From the sequence record NC_047815.1: a stretch of DNA of 64,000 bases; one strand, 5' to 3'. A program made the position numbers and the translations under genes. A model generated the notes under the pieces. The model was not told the origin of the DNA. It made no database searches and saw only the letters and a program-made list of their open reading frames with translations. This document shows, one piece after another, positions 1 to 9,469 of the stretch; position 1 is the first letter of the stretch; every line of letters begins with the position of its first letter.

Positions 1-341
1 TAGTTGTCTGAACCAGGCAGGTCAGCGGTATCGTAATACTGCGGTGCCCACATCAGATTGATGTTTGTCACTGGTTCCCAAGTGTTCTGGAAAGGTGCTG
101 TCGCAGTCTTTGATTTACGTGCGAGGAATGTGCGATAGTAATCGCTGTTCTTGTCCATGCACAGCCAGATAACATTCATCGGCAGTACATAGTCGAACGG
201 TTCTGTTTCGCAGACGATCTGAGTGCAACTGATATTCAGTACGGGATTGATTTGACGAGTGGTCTGTGCCACAGTCGTATCATCCAAGAAACCAGTAATG
301 CTCAACAGGGCATCCGCAAGCTGATTAAGCGTAGGCGTCAT
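1..341 (-). CDS. Partial CDS running off the left edge; paralog of the 210-aa protein upstream; probable virion protein
   Basis: Hand translation, absent from the ORF track. ATG at 341 after AAGGA RBS, open to base 1: MTPTLNQLADALLSITG...VLPMNVIWLCMDKNSDYYRTFLARKSKTATAPFQNTW...QYYDTADL. Confidence 0.8.
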   Translation of the reverse strand, partial: MTPTLNQLADALLSITGFLDDTTVAQTTRQINPVLNISCTQIVCETEPFDYVLPMNVIWLCMDKNSDYYRTFLARKSKTATAPFQNTWEPVTNINLMWAPQYYDTADLPGSDN

Positions 342-351
342 GCTGTTTTCC

Positions 352-984
352 TTAGCTGTTGCTCAGTTCATCTTCACGAATATGTCGCCATTGAAGGCTG
401 TCATCTTCCAGCACAAGGACTTGATACAAGGCAGGCTTGTCTTGGTCTTTGATTGGAACGTGTTCTTCACCAGTCGTGCCGTTGATGCTTAACATCGTTG
501 CAGGCTTTTCTGGATGAGTGTGATCAAGAGGCTTACGATCATCAGTAAGTGTCTCATCACCTTCAAGAATAACACGCGAGCTGGACTCAGGATAGCTGAG
601 ATAACCAACACCGTGAGTCAAGCTGGTGGCAAGTGGAGGCAGTTCAGTATTGATAACACCAAGATCGCTTGGGTCATATGTCTGTTCGCCCATAGCGTCA
701 TCATAGAAATATAACGCTGTCCACACATCTTGATATGGGTCTGAGGCGTGCTTCGTTGTACGCTTGAACACTTGTTGGAAAGTGTCTGACTCTGGATTCA
801 TATCAATCCAGATAGCGTTGATTGGAAGCACGACGTAACGCGGACACGAATACGCGCAATAGAACAACAGACCCAACGTGCTGCCTTGCGCAGGCAAGCG
901 GAACATAATCGGGTTCTTGTTCTGATTGTGAATGTTCGTGAGAAGCTCGACGTTACTTACGAACTGGGTAAGTTTCAGTTCCAT
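352..984 (-). CDS. Hypothetical 210-aa protein, probable virion protein
   Basis: ORF with GGAG RBS, downstream of tail sheath and preceded by a CTAATTT motif. Confidence 0.75.
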   Translation of the reverse strand: MELKLTQFVSNVELLTNIHNQNKNPIMFRLPAQGSTLGLLFYCAYSCPRYVVLPINAIWIDMNPESDTFQQVFKRTTKHASDPYQDVWTALYFYDDAMGEQTYDPSDLGVINTELPPLATSLTHGVGYLSYPESSSRVILEGDETLTDDRKPLDHTHPEKPATMLSINGTTGEEHVPIKDQDKPALYQVLVLEDDSLQWRHIREDELSNS

Positions 985-1017
985 CGTTTTCTCCGTTTAT
1001 CCTAAATCAGGTAGTTA

Positions 1018-1024
1018 AAATTAG
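1018..1024 (-). promoter_or_regulatory. CTAATTT promoter-like motif
   Basis: Intergenic, 34 nt upstream of the start at 984. Confidence 0.5.
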
Positions 1025-1034
1025 CGAACATCGG

Positions 1035-1736
1035 TTATTCTACGCCAGAGCCGGGATTAGAAGAACCATAAACAATACTAAACACATAGTCCACGCTGTC
1101 AAACGGGAAGTCGTTACGATAGATAACGTAGTCGAAACCTTCTAGCGTTACTTCGGCTGGTCCAGCAAAGTTAAAGTCATCAAACTCTTGTGCACCGTCC
1201 CAGCTACCAGCAAAGCCATAACTGCCGCTTGTGTAGTCACGGAAATAACCGTAACCCAGCTCTTTAGGCCAAGCAACATAAAAGAACTTGCGATTGTCAC
1301 TGGTCGAAGCATCAGGAGGACATGTAATGAACTGTTCACCCTCTTTGCTGAGTTTGGTTGTGAGTGCTTTGAAGAATGCGCTGTTGTATTGGTCGATCGA
1401 GGTTACTTTATCCAAGATACCAAAGCGAGGACTGAACTGACCACCCTCAGGAACAGACACATGCACAGGTGAGGTGCGTAGTACCTCTTTCTCACCATTG
1501 TCCAGCACAACGGCAACCAAATCGTATTCACCGCTATCGACTGTGAGAGCAAAGCTCGTCACCAACTGTGCGTCAGCAGCGGCTACTGTTTTTAACGCAC
1601 GATTGCTTGCAGTGTCAAACAGTTGTAGGCTACCACCAGCAGGTACGGCTGTGTCTAGTGCGATGTGAAAAAGGCATTGACTGTTTAAGTTAACAAAGCA
1701 ATAGCTAAGATTGCCATTTGCGCTGAGACTTGCCAC
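1035..1736 (-). CDS. Hypothetical 233-aa beta-rich protein, probable tail-associated structural protein
   Basis: GTG start after AAGGAG; directly downstream of sheath; aromatic-rich C-domain (FFYVAWPKELGYG...GFAGSWDG). Confidence 0.7.
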   Translation of the reverse strand: MASLSANGNLSYCFVNLNSQCLFHIALDTAVPAGGSLQLFDTASNRALKTVAAADAQLVTSFALTVDSGEYDLVAVVLDNGEKEVLRTSPVHVSVPEGGQFSPRFGILDKVTSIDQYNSAFFKALTTKLSKEGEQFITCPPDASTSDNRKFFYVAWPKELGYGYFRDYTSGSYGFAGSWDGAQEFDDFNFAGPAEVTLEGFDYVIYRNDFPFDSVDYVFSIVYGSSNPGSGVE

Positions 1737-1757
1737 GAAAGGCTCCTTAAACGTGCA

Positions 1758-1781
1758 AGGGGAGAACCGTAGTCCTCCCCT
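1758..1781 (-). terminator. Stem-loop after the sheath gene (weak terminator or mRNA stabiliser)
   Basis: AGGGGAG...CTCCCCT inverted repeat with no clear U-tail. Confidence 0.35.
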
Positions 1782-1786
1782 GTTGA

Positions 1787-3472
1787 TTATGCAGCTTCAC
1801 CCAGAACTGTGGAGGTGCTACCTTTCGGGTTGATATTGAAGCGATAGATCAGACGCTTGGTAGTACGCGTCGGGTCAAGCACAATATCAAGAACCAGATC
1901 ACCGTTAGCGATTGTCGCATTGGTGTTGTTCGTACGGTCACACACAACCACATAACCCTGACTGCCGCTCTTGCCGCTACGCAGACCACGAGCAAGTTTA
2001 ATCTCTTCGAGGAACTTCTCTACGATGCCTTTCAGGTACTGACGCAGGATATCATCGTTGGGATCAAACAAGCCGACTTTACAGGACTTCTGACAGACTT
2101 CAAGTACGTAACCAACCATACGTTGAATCTGAATCTGTTGGAATGCGCTGGTGGTTGCAAGCAAGGTGTTCGCTTCCCACACAGCAAAACCGCCACCAGC
2201 TTGTTCTGGCAGTTTACGCACGTAGTTAAGCAGCTCACGAGTCATCGCATCTCGGTCATCCTGATCATATTTCTGAGTAAGACCCAGAATGTCCAGAACT
2301 TCTGACGCTTTGATACCAGCAGGTGCGAACCAGCTACCACGATTGTTATCGGTATAGCAGTACACAGCAGCAATCTGACCAGCACAAGGAACAGTCAAGT
2401 AGCGACCAGTATCTGTGTCGAAGATTTTAATATCTGGCGTATACAAGGACATGTTGCGTGCGCTGAGGTTCAGAGTCTGCTTGCGGTAACGAATCGCCTT
2501 AGCAACTGTCTGTTGATCAGTAGGTACACAGCCGATAACGTGACAGTTCAGGTGATTGTCCGCAGCAAGTTTCATACCGCGATGGATGATGTAATCTTCG
2601 ATACCACCAGATACCAGCAGAGTAACACGACATTCTTCTGGGTCACTGTAGTATGTCTGATAGGCAGTGGACAGATCATCACTGGTAACCTTATCGCCAT
2701 CACTGCCGCCTTTCAGGAACACAAAGTCAGTGGTCAGGAAGTCGATATCGGTAGTGAAGTATTCGTTCTGAATAAAGCGGAAGTTGCTTGATTCATCTTC
2801 GAACACGGTACCCACACGGTACTGCTTGTTGAAATCGTCTTTGTAGTCTTTCAGACAGCAGGTGTGAGTTGAAACAGCTACAGAACCAGGCACGTAGTTC
2901 TCGAACTCGTCGATATAAAACAGCTTGGTGTTGTACTTAGTGCGGTCATCAAACGCGTCCAGACCTTTCGGCACAGCAGGACGAATCTGGAGAGCCATGT
3001 TGTTGTTCCAGTCGCCAGGGTTTTCTGTGATGATATAACCAATGGTGTTTTCATTGAGAATATCACCAGGCAAGAAGCCCAGCTCGTCAGGACTGTTGAC
3101 GCCTAAGATGTTGCCATCGTCATCGGTCAAGTTGTTGAGACGCAGTACAGGCTTAACGGCTGTCGGGTCATCAACTGTCAACACAGCAACGGCATACTTG
3201 GCGTTTTTGACAAGTCGCACGTAATAAAGTTGATTTGTTTGCTGCGAAATAGGCAGAGCAACGTACAGACCTAAGCCATACTTTGGATCTTTCAGACCAA
3301 AGATATTTTTCAGATCATCTTCATCAGTGATTGCAACGCGCTGGTTGACAGGGCCACGACGCGCCTGTCCACACATGCCCACAACCGCTGTAGATAATGA
3401 CGTTGCACCGGCAGACAAATCCTTAACGCCAGCATACACGCCAGCGGAGGAATGCTCATTATAAACAGGCAT
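1787..3472 (-). CDS. Contractile tail sheath protein (561 aa)
   Basis: N-terminal AGVY..VKD..AVVG..GQARRGPVNQ, FLKGGSDG, WFAPAG and C-terminal IQIQRM..CDRTNNT..IANG.L motifs typical of the T4 gp18 family. Confidence 0.93.
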   Translation of the reverse strand: MPVYNEHSSAGVYAGVKDLSAGATSLSTAVVGMCGQARRGPVNQRVAITDEDDLKNIFGLKDPKYGLGLYVALPISQQTNQLYYVRLVKNAKYAVAVLTVDDPTAVKPVLRLNNLTDDDGNILGVNSPDELGFLPGDILNENTIGYIITENPGDWNNNMALQIRPAVPKGLDAFDDRTKYNTKLFYIDEFENYVPGSVAVSTHTCCLKDYKDDFNKQYRVGTVFEDESSNFRFIQNEYFTTDIDFLTTDFVFLKGGSDGDKVTSDDLSTAYQTYYSDPEECRVTLLVSGGIEDYIIHRGMKLAADNHLNCHVIGCVPTDQQTVAKAIRYRKQTLNLSARNMSLYTPDIKIFDTDTGRYLTVPCAGQIAAVYCYTDNNRGSWFAPAGIKASEVLDILGLTQKYDQDDRDAMTRELLNYVRKLPEQAGGGFAVWEANTLLATTSAFQQIQIQRMVGYVLEVCQKSCKVGLFDPNDDILRQYLKGIVEKFLEEIKLARGLRSGKSGSQGYVVVCDRTNNTNATIANGDLVLDIVLDPTRTTKRLIYRFNINPKGSTSTVLGEAA

Positions 3473-3499
3473 ATTCGGGTCTCCTTAATAGACTGCTAG

Positions 3500-3506
3500 A
3501 AATTAT
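3500..3506 (-). promoter_or_regulatory. ATAATTT variant of the CTAATTT motif upstream of sheath
   Basis: 28 nt upstream of the sheath start. Confidence 0.4.
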
Positions 3507-3521
3507 CGTTCAAGAGCCCAG

Positions 3522-3555
3522 AAAAGAGAAAAGGGCGCCGACAGGCACCCTTTTG
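3522..3555 (-). terminator. Intrinsic terminator
   Basis: AAGGGCGCC-GACA-GGCACCCTT hairpin with a U-rich tail on minus. Confidence 0.7.
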
Positions 3556-3556
3556 T

Positions 3557-4672
3557 TTAGCAGCAAACTACATCTTGTTCCTCATGCGCTAACCGCACTT
3601 GAGGGTACATCTGTTCAAACTGTTTGCGGCTCATCTGGAAGCCAGCAGCATTGCCGTGACCATTACCAGTGAACTGCATCGCTACCTGTTTAGCTGAGTG
3701 TGGCTCAGTACCGTTACAACCAATGCTGCGCACGCTAACAAATACAGTATCAGGCTGTTTGTCAGTGATGCGAGGCATGATAACAAGCTGGAAGTGTGGG
3801 TAGTTTTCAAAAACAAACTGTGCTGCTTCTGAACCTAAAGCACGAGGAGCAGGCAACACGACGTGATTAAACATCAGACCGCCTTCACCATTAGAGAAGT
3901 AGCTGTTGTGTTTGATCATCTGCGCAATCTTTTCGTTGCGCTTGACAATACGGTCACGTCCGATAGCACGCAATTCTTCAATGTCACCGTTCATGATTAG
4001 GAATCGCGCTTTAGCAACAGTCGAAGGCAGTGATTCAAAAATAATACCACCAGCTTCTGGATCGCTAAACAGTTCAGGCGCATAGCCTTCATAGAACTCA
4101 AACGCTTTGGTGATGTGACGCTGCCAAGTATCACGGTCACTGACCAACTGTGCCATGCGAATCAAGTTACCTAAATAACGAGCATAACGCGGGCTGTTGA
4201 AGCGACTGAGATTCTTCATGTAGGCAAGCAGCGCACCACTACCAGCAGCATTAAAGATCATCTCAGGATTAGCGTGAACACCGATAGCACGACACTCTGC
4301 ATCGTAACGTTGCTGAGTACGAACATTGTGGTGGTCGAGTACAACAAAGTTGGTACCGAAGCGTTGTGTCATCACCGCCATCTGACGTTCAGACAACGAG
4401 AAGTCAACAACAATCACTTTGTCGTACTGCACGCCTTCCTCGACGACTTCAACTTCAACGTCATCAACAATCTGTTTAACAACAGGGTTGGTTTGCATGA
4501 TGGCGGGCATTTGGTCGAGGCGCACACCGTTCACGTCAAGAATATCGCCGTCGTTTGGTACATAGTTGCTTGCCATGTAATGAACAATGTCATCTGCATG
4601 TGCAAGGCCAGATATTGCTGCGGCAAAGCTACCGTCAGCGCATTTGTGGTGATAGATAATTAGGACTTTCAC
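3557..4672 (-). CDS. DHH-family phosphoesterase (NrnB/oligoribonuclease-like), 371 aa
   Basis: YHHKCADG, VVDFS, VLDHH, SGA.LA, DRDTW and C-terminal GNGHGNAAGF (DHHA1 GGGH.AAG). Confidence 0.85.
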   Translation of the reverse strand: MKVLIIYHHKCADGSFAAAISGLAHADDIVHYMASNYVPNDGDILDVNGVRLDQMPAIMQTNPVVKQIVDDVEVEVVEEGVQYDKVIVVDFSLSERQMAVMTQRFGTNFVVLDHHNVRTQQRYDAECRAIGVHANPEMIFNAAGSGALLAYMKNLSRFNSPRYARYLGNLIRMAQLVSDRDTWQRHITKAFEFYEGYAPELFSDPEAGGIIFESLPSTVAKARFLIMNGDIEELRAIGRDRIVKRNEKIAQMIKHNSYFSNGEGGLMFNHVVLPAPRALGSEAAQFVFENYPHFQLVIMPRITDKQPDTVFVSVRSIGCNGTEPHSAKQVAMQFTGNGHGNAAGFQMSRKQFEQMYPQVRLAHEEQDVVCC

Positions 4673-5508
4673 ATCCAGTTCCTTTCTCGTTCTAAGGTTG
4701 ACAACTGCTCTCGCAGAGCGTGAATCTGCTGGTGCAGATTACTGCGCACGGTACTCAGTGCCGTGGTATAATCATACATCAGACTCACTTGTAGAATCTG
4801 CCAAGCACCCATACTTCTGATCTGTTCAATCTGCGCACGCAACACATCACGGCGTTGACGAGCTGCGATCAATTGATCAATTAGACTAACCTTTCCATAG
4901 TCATGACCATACACACGTTTGTACAGACGCTCTAACTTGCGTAAGTCCATGTCCATACGCGCGGTTGTTGCTTCACGGAAAACGTCTAATCTGCTAGTGT
5001 TGCCACACTTGTCTGGATGTGTCTTTAATACTATCTTGCGGTAAATCTGATCACACTTTCTTTTTGTTTCGATATAGTTGTTGTGCGCCTGACGGTCGGC
5101 TTCCGACATTTCTTCATCATCGTCGTGCGCCATATGGCTGCGCGATGCTTCGTCGTCTTCATCCTCACCGTATTCATCGTTTAGTGCTTTCTTGACGCGT
5201 TCGGCTGCTGCTTGTTGTTCAAGGTCATCGGACTCTGACATTTCTTTATGAAGGGCGCTGATCTGACTAAGCAGAGACATCACCTCCACGTTCTCTTCTC
5301 GGCAGTCGTCGTCTACACGTTTCATAAAATCATTGAGGCGCTCGGTGTCGAAGTTCAACATCGTTTCGAGACGGTCAATATCTTCTGCCAGTTCTTCAAG
5401 TTCACTTTGACCTGTTTCGCTGTCTAGATCAAGTTCCTCTGTCTGTGGTTCGTCTTCAATCACAGCAACAGATCGGCTGCCTTCGGGTACCATCAGTTGA
5501 GTAAGCAT
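4669..5508 (-). CDS. J-domain (DnaJ-like) protein with acidic coiled-coil N-terminus, 279 aa
   Basis: IYRKIVLKTHPDK (HPD motif) followed by F.EAT.A helix. Confidence 0.75.
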   Translation of the reverse strand: MLTQLMVPEGSRSVAVIEDEPQTEELDLDSETGQSELEELAEDIDRLETMLNFDTERLNDFMKRVDDDCREENVEVMSLLSQISALHKEMSESDDLEQQAAAERVKKALNDEYGEDEDDEASRSHMAHDDDEEMSEADRQAHNNYIETKRKCDQIYRKIVLKTHPDKCGNTSRLDVFREATTARMDMDLRKLERLYKRVYGHDYGKVSLIDQLIAARQRRDVLRAQIEQIRSMGAWQILQVSLMYDYTTALSTVRSNLHQQIHALREQLSTLERERNWM

Positions 5509-5702
5509 TATGGACGCGTAAGCTCCTGAATTGATTTCTGAACCAGCTCCTTGAGACGCTCTGGACAGGCAGTGTTACGAGGCATAGTCTTTTTCAACCA
5601 AGCTAGATTGTTGCCTGACGTTGAGACTTCTGCACGGAAGGAAGGCAGACCAAGAACATTGCTGTGCTTTTTGAGCAACTGATTCAATTCATTGAGTAAC
5701 AT
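5508..5702 (-). CDS. Hypothetical 64-aa protein
   Basis: ORF abutting the J-domain gene, with GGA RBS. Confidence 0.65.
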   Translation of the reverse strand: MLLNELNQLLKKHSNVLGLPSFRAEVSTSGNNLAWLKKTMPRNTACPERLKELVQKSIQELTRP

Positions 5703-5712
5703 CGTTTTCCTC

Positions 5713-6333
5713 TTACAAAGGTGAAGTCATTAGATCGAGAATATTTTTCACAACATGCTGTGGACCAATCGATACAGCACCTGCTACTGGAAGATGAATG
5801 CGTGAGGTGAACAGCTCAACGGGATCAATATTACCGCCTGTCACAACAACGCGAGGAACCTTCGGAAACATTTCAAGAATGTCTCTCAAGCGTTCTAACT
5901 TGTAGCTTGTGCTTTCCATCGTTATGTTGGTAATCACAAGGAATGAAGGTCGTGTTGCTCTCAGCTTGTCGTAATCAAAACGATCATTGTACAACGTAAC
6001 CCAGCGAGGTTTAGCTACACGGCCTTCGGTGTCTTGCACCGCGTTTGCAAACACATTCAACGCAGCGAGTTTAGCGCGATGGTCACTTGGAAAACTACTC
6101 AACACAGTGATACGCGGCTCTACTTCAAGCGGATGGTCCATAAGGTGAGCCAGATACTCAAGCTGCTCTGACTTCGGAACCATCTTGCCTTTGAAATAGT
6201 TTGAACGAGGTTTAAAGTCTTGTACGGCAGTGGTAATGTCGTACTCATCACGTTCGCCCCACAAAAGCTGCGGGTCAACACCAAGTGATTGCAAGTGCTT
6301 CGCTTCACCAGCATCAAACTGAAACTTTAACAT
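5713..6333 (-). CDS. Hypothetical 206-aa protein, possibly a degenerate DnaC/IstB-like P-loop protein
   Basis: Pattern ITVLSSFPSDHRAKLAA / PSFLVITNI / ERLRDILE / PRVVVTG follows the IstB/DnaC layout but has no intact Walker A or B. Confidence 0.4.
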   Translation of the reverse strand: MLKFQFDAGEAKHLQSLGVDPQLLWGERDEYDITTAVQDFKPRSNYFKGKMVPKSEQLEYLAHLMDHPLEVEPRITVLSSFPSDHRAKLAALNVFANAVQDTEGRVAKPRWVTLYNDRFDYDKLRATRPSFLVITNITMESTSYKLERLRDILEMFPKVPRVVVTGGNIDPVELFTSRIHLPVAGAVSIGPQHVVKNILDLMTSPL

Positions 6334-6364
6334 CTGCTTGTTCTCGGTTGCTTCTCATGCTTGT

Positions 6365-6373
6365 TATTTACAG
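6365..6373 (-). promoter_or_regulatory. CTGTAAATA promoter-like motif
   Basis: Intergenic, upstream of 6333. Confidence 0.55.
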
Positions 6374-6421
6374 ATTCTGTTGAGACTGAGAGGCCTAAGC
6401 AAGACCTCTCATGAAACAAGA

Positions 6422-6793
6422 TTACATCAGGGCTAGGTTTGGATCTACGTATGAAACGTTGTAGACAATAGACCAACCGCTGTCTGTGTTTGCGTTTGGA
6501 ACAATCTGATAATCACGCACAAGGAAGATGCCTTGAGAATCTTCTCCAAGACCGTCGTTGTAGTCTTTGAAGCTCGGACCGCCTTTGATAAGATCAGCAA
6601 TACCTTCAGGCCAGTCATAGTTGCTGTTAACATCAGGCACATCATAAACATGCTGATACATTGGATAGTGACTAAACTGATTGTCAGTATCTTTGGAAAC
6701 CCAATCAAGGTGTTTATAACCAAGACGGGTTGCAACGCTGTCACTGAGACCGTGCTGCTGAGCCAGACGTTGTACTTGATCGATGCGTAACAT
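6422..6793 (-). CDS. Hypothetical 123-aa protein
   Basis: ORF with GAGG RBS; ATAATTT motif at 6824-6830. Confidence 0.7.
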   Translation of the reverse strand: MLRIDQVQRLAQQHGLSDSVATRLGYKHLDWVSKDTDNQFSHYPMYQHVYDVPDVNSNYDWPEGIADLIKGGPSFKDYNDGLGEDSQGIFLVRDYQIVPNANTDSGWSIVYNVSYVDPNLALM

Positions 6794-6873
6794 GTGTTAC
6801 CTCTGTATCGGTGAGTGTTGATCAAATTATACGACACAAATGAAAAGAGCCGGCGTCTGCCAGCTCTATTTGG

Positions 6874-7314
6874 TTACATCTTCATTGTGAGACGCAGCGT
6901 GTTAAGTTGGGTTTCGAGGATACGGAGTTTAGCTTGACCTAGTTGTTCGTAAGCAACAAGGGTCGGGTCAGTCTTGCACAAGGCTTCATACACAACGCGC
7001 ACGCTGTCATCGACCAAGGAGTCAGCAAGCACACGAGGCTTGTCTTGCTCGATGTACTTAGCTACTCGAATGCGGACACAGTTACCGTCTGGTGTACCCA
7101 TCTCAACAACACGGAACTTGGTTCCGTAGTCCGCTAAGATTTCTGAGGCATCGACAACAATACGCACAGGCTCAAAGTGCTGGCGTTGTTTTTCAGCGTA
7201 AGTAAGCGTATACCACTCGCCCTCATCTTCCTCAGCTTGACCTTGCTGTATCTCAAAGTCAGCACGCCACAGTGCTTCAAATACAAGGCGTGGAATATCA
7301 CTTTGTTGAATCAT
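6874..7314 (-). CDS. Hypothetical 146-aa protein
   Basis: Start overlaps the helicase stop codon. Confidence 0.7.
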   Translation of the reverse strand: MIQQSDIPRLVFEALWRADFEIQQGQAEEDEGEWYTLTYAEKQRQHFEPVRIVVDASEILADYGTKFRVVEMGTPDGNCVRIRVAKYIEQDKPRVLADSLVDDSVRVVYEALCKTDPTLVAYEQLGQAKLRILETQLNTLRLTMKM

Positions 7315-8918
7315 TAGAATCTCCTCATACCCAGATTACTCGGTATACCTTTCTTCTGTGGTTCAGGTTCAAAGTAGTCAGGCAGCTCGCCATCAAGCAC
7401 ATCACCTCTCGACACTACACCCATCCAATCACGCAGCTTTTTCGGAGTGCGCTTGGCTTTAGCGTAGTTGAACTCCCAACACATCTTGAGAACTGAACGA
7501 GCAAAGCCCATCGATTTCTCCATACGAGGATCGATGAACATACGAATAACTGGCGTGCGCTTGTCTGCTGCTGGAGTTAAGATACGACATGACTCCTGCT
7601 TCCAGTTTGGCTTGTTGTTCATCGGCATGATATAATACAGCGTATCCCATGCTGGAACGTTCAGCCCGCGCTGCATCAAACGACGCATACCAACAACACA
7701 ACGAATACGACCTTCACGCGCTGCGTCAACAATCGGCTTACGCTTCTTGGCTTCACGCGCACCACCAAGGAACACGGCAGCAATCTCTTCACCATAATGC
7801 TCATTGATACGACGCACAAGATCACGCGCTTGTTCAGTGAACATGATTGGAATAACAAGACTGCGACCTGCATCGAGATCACGAATAATCCACTCAAATA
7901 TCTTGTCGTTGCGATCAGGATGATTAGCAAGGAACTTACAGAAACGCATCCAACCACTCTTGTTGTTGTAGTTCGCTTTGTTGAACACTTTGTTCGAGGT
8001 CTTGTGAATCGTAACCTTCGGACGCAGCTCTTTAACATATGCTTTAGCAACAACAGGTCCCATCACCGATTCAACAATCCAGTGCTTGCCGTCTTTACGT
8101 TTCGGAGTTGCTGTCAGACCATAACGAAACTTCATGGTAAGGTTGGCAAGCGTTCGGCTAAAACACGCGGCATTTGCAGCATGAACCTCATCTACGAATA
8201 TCGTACCGAAGTTATCATTCAACAGTTTCATGCGTTTGCGTGCTTGCTTGTTATCCCCAATCAACGATTGATACGTGATCAGGATGATCTGAAAGTTTTC
8301 GTAATCAACATCTTTCTTCGGAAAGCCAAACAGTTTCTTGCCTGTCTTTTCTTCAAGGTCAGGCAAGTTGGTCATCTGCTCAATCGTTTCATAGAAGCCA
8401 TCAAGAAAGTCTTTCTGGTCAGCCATGATGATTGTCTTGTAGCCTGTCTCAATAGCACCAGCAGTACCCATAACAGTCTTGCCGCTACGAGGCGGTGCTT
8501 GCAAGAGTCCACTCAGTTCGCCTAACAGATCGGCAAACGGTTCTTCCTGATAGTCACGAAGTTTGCTTGTGAACTTAACAGGGTAATCATATTTAACGCG
8601 ACTGGTGTTGTTGATGAACTTACAGTTCTTTGTCTTCAACCCTGTCGTTTCTTCAAAACGATGCAACTCACCATACGGAATTGAAACGCAACGCTGGCCT
8701 TTCTTGTCGGTCAACTTTGCAAGCACGGTGATATCCAGCAGACCGCCTTTGGAACATGATCGACATTCCTCACTCGGTCTGACAGACTTGAACTCACAGT
8801 TCTTACACACTGCATTTTCGAACTCGTACTTGGTCAGCTTTTTGATGATAGACGGCGCATCAACAACCTTGATAGGTATATGAATGCGGCTATCAACAAT
8901 TACCTTCGGCTTGGCCAC
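7314..8918 (-). CDS. SF2 DNA helicase, UvsW/Rad25-like (534 aa)
   Basis: LRDYQ Q-motif, PPRSGKT, VDEVH, LTATP, RGLNVP; N-terminal CxxC..CxxC. Confidence 0.9.
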   Translation of the reverse strand: MAKPKVIVDSRIHIPIKVVDAPSIIKKLTKYEFENAVCKNCEFKSVRPSEECRSCSKGGLLDITVLAKLTDKKGQRCVSIPYGELHRFEETTGLKTKNCKFINNTSRVKYDYPVKFTSKLRDYQEEPFADLLGELSGLLQAPPRSGKTVMGTAGAIETGYKTIIMADQKDFLDGFYETIEQMTNLPDLEEKTGKKLFGFPKKDVDYENFQIILITYQSLIGDNKQARKRMKLLNDNFGTIFVDEVHAANAACFSRTLANLTMKFRYGLTATPKRKDGKHWIVESVMGPVVAKAYVKELRPKVTIHKTSNKVFNKANYNNKSGWMRFCKFLANHPDRNDKIFEWIIRDLDAGRSLVIPIMFTEQARDLVRRINEHYGEEIAAVFLGGAREAKKRKPIVDAAREGRIRCVVGMRRLMQRGLNVPAWDTLYYIMPMNNKPNWKQESCRILTPAADKRTPVIRMFIDPRMEKSMGFARSVLKMCWEFNYAKAKRTPKKLRDWMGVVSRGDVLDGELPDYFEPEPQKKGIPSNLGMRRF

Positions 8919-8920
8919 TT

Positions 8921-9469
8921 TTATTTCCTTGAGTTCGGTATGTTAAACTCACGCTGGTTGATGATGTTCAAGGTGTCTACCATCGACTTGAAAGCAAACC
9001 CTGCTTTATCAATGTCTTTGATATACAGTTCAATCTCATCAATCAACAACGACAGGTCATCGCTGTACTTGTAGTAGGCGGACATAACGTTGCGGACAGC
9101 GCGTTCACGCTCTTTGGCTGCACCTAATGCTTTGAGATCACGCGCGTAAGTAACTGTGGCATAATCTTGAAAGCGGTCAAGCGTATCATCGAGGAGTTTC
9201 TTGGCTGTCTTTACAGTTGCCAGTATCTCTGTCATGCGACTACGATACGATTGATCCTGAACAATGGACTCAGCCAGTTTGTTCAGTGACTTAGGATTCG
9301 CATCAAGCGTCAGCGTTCTAACTTTGCGCATTGAAAACAAGTTGCGCGCCTCTGACTGATATTCAGCAACAGGCAGTTGGAACATGCTGTTTGTCTTAAA
9401 CAAATTACGAACGTTCTTGTAACGCTTGTCTTCCTTGATCTTGAGACGAATACGTTTCACGTCATCCAT
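8921..9469 (-). CDS. 182-aa helical protein, possible UvsY-like recombination mediator
   Basis: C-terminal DIDKAGFAFKSMVD resembles T4 UvsY DAIKSRGFAIKHIQD; adjacent to the UvsW-like helicase. Confidence 0.4.
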   Translation of the reverse strand: MDDVKRIRLKIKEDKRYKNVRNLFKTNSMFQLPVAEYQSEARNLFSMRKVRTLTLDANPKSLNKLAESIVQDQSYRSRMTEILATVKTAKKLLDDTLDRFQDYATVTYARDLKALGAAKERERAVRNVMSAYYKYSDDLSLLIDEIELYIKDIDKAGFAFKSMVDTLNIINQREFNIPNSRK

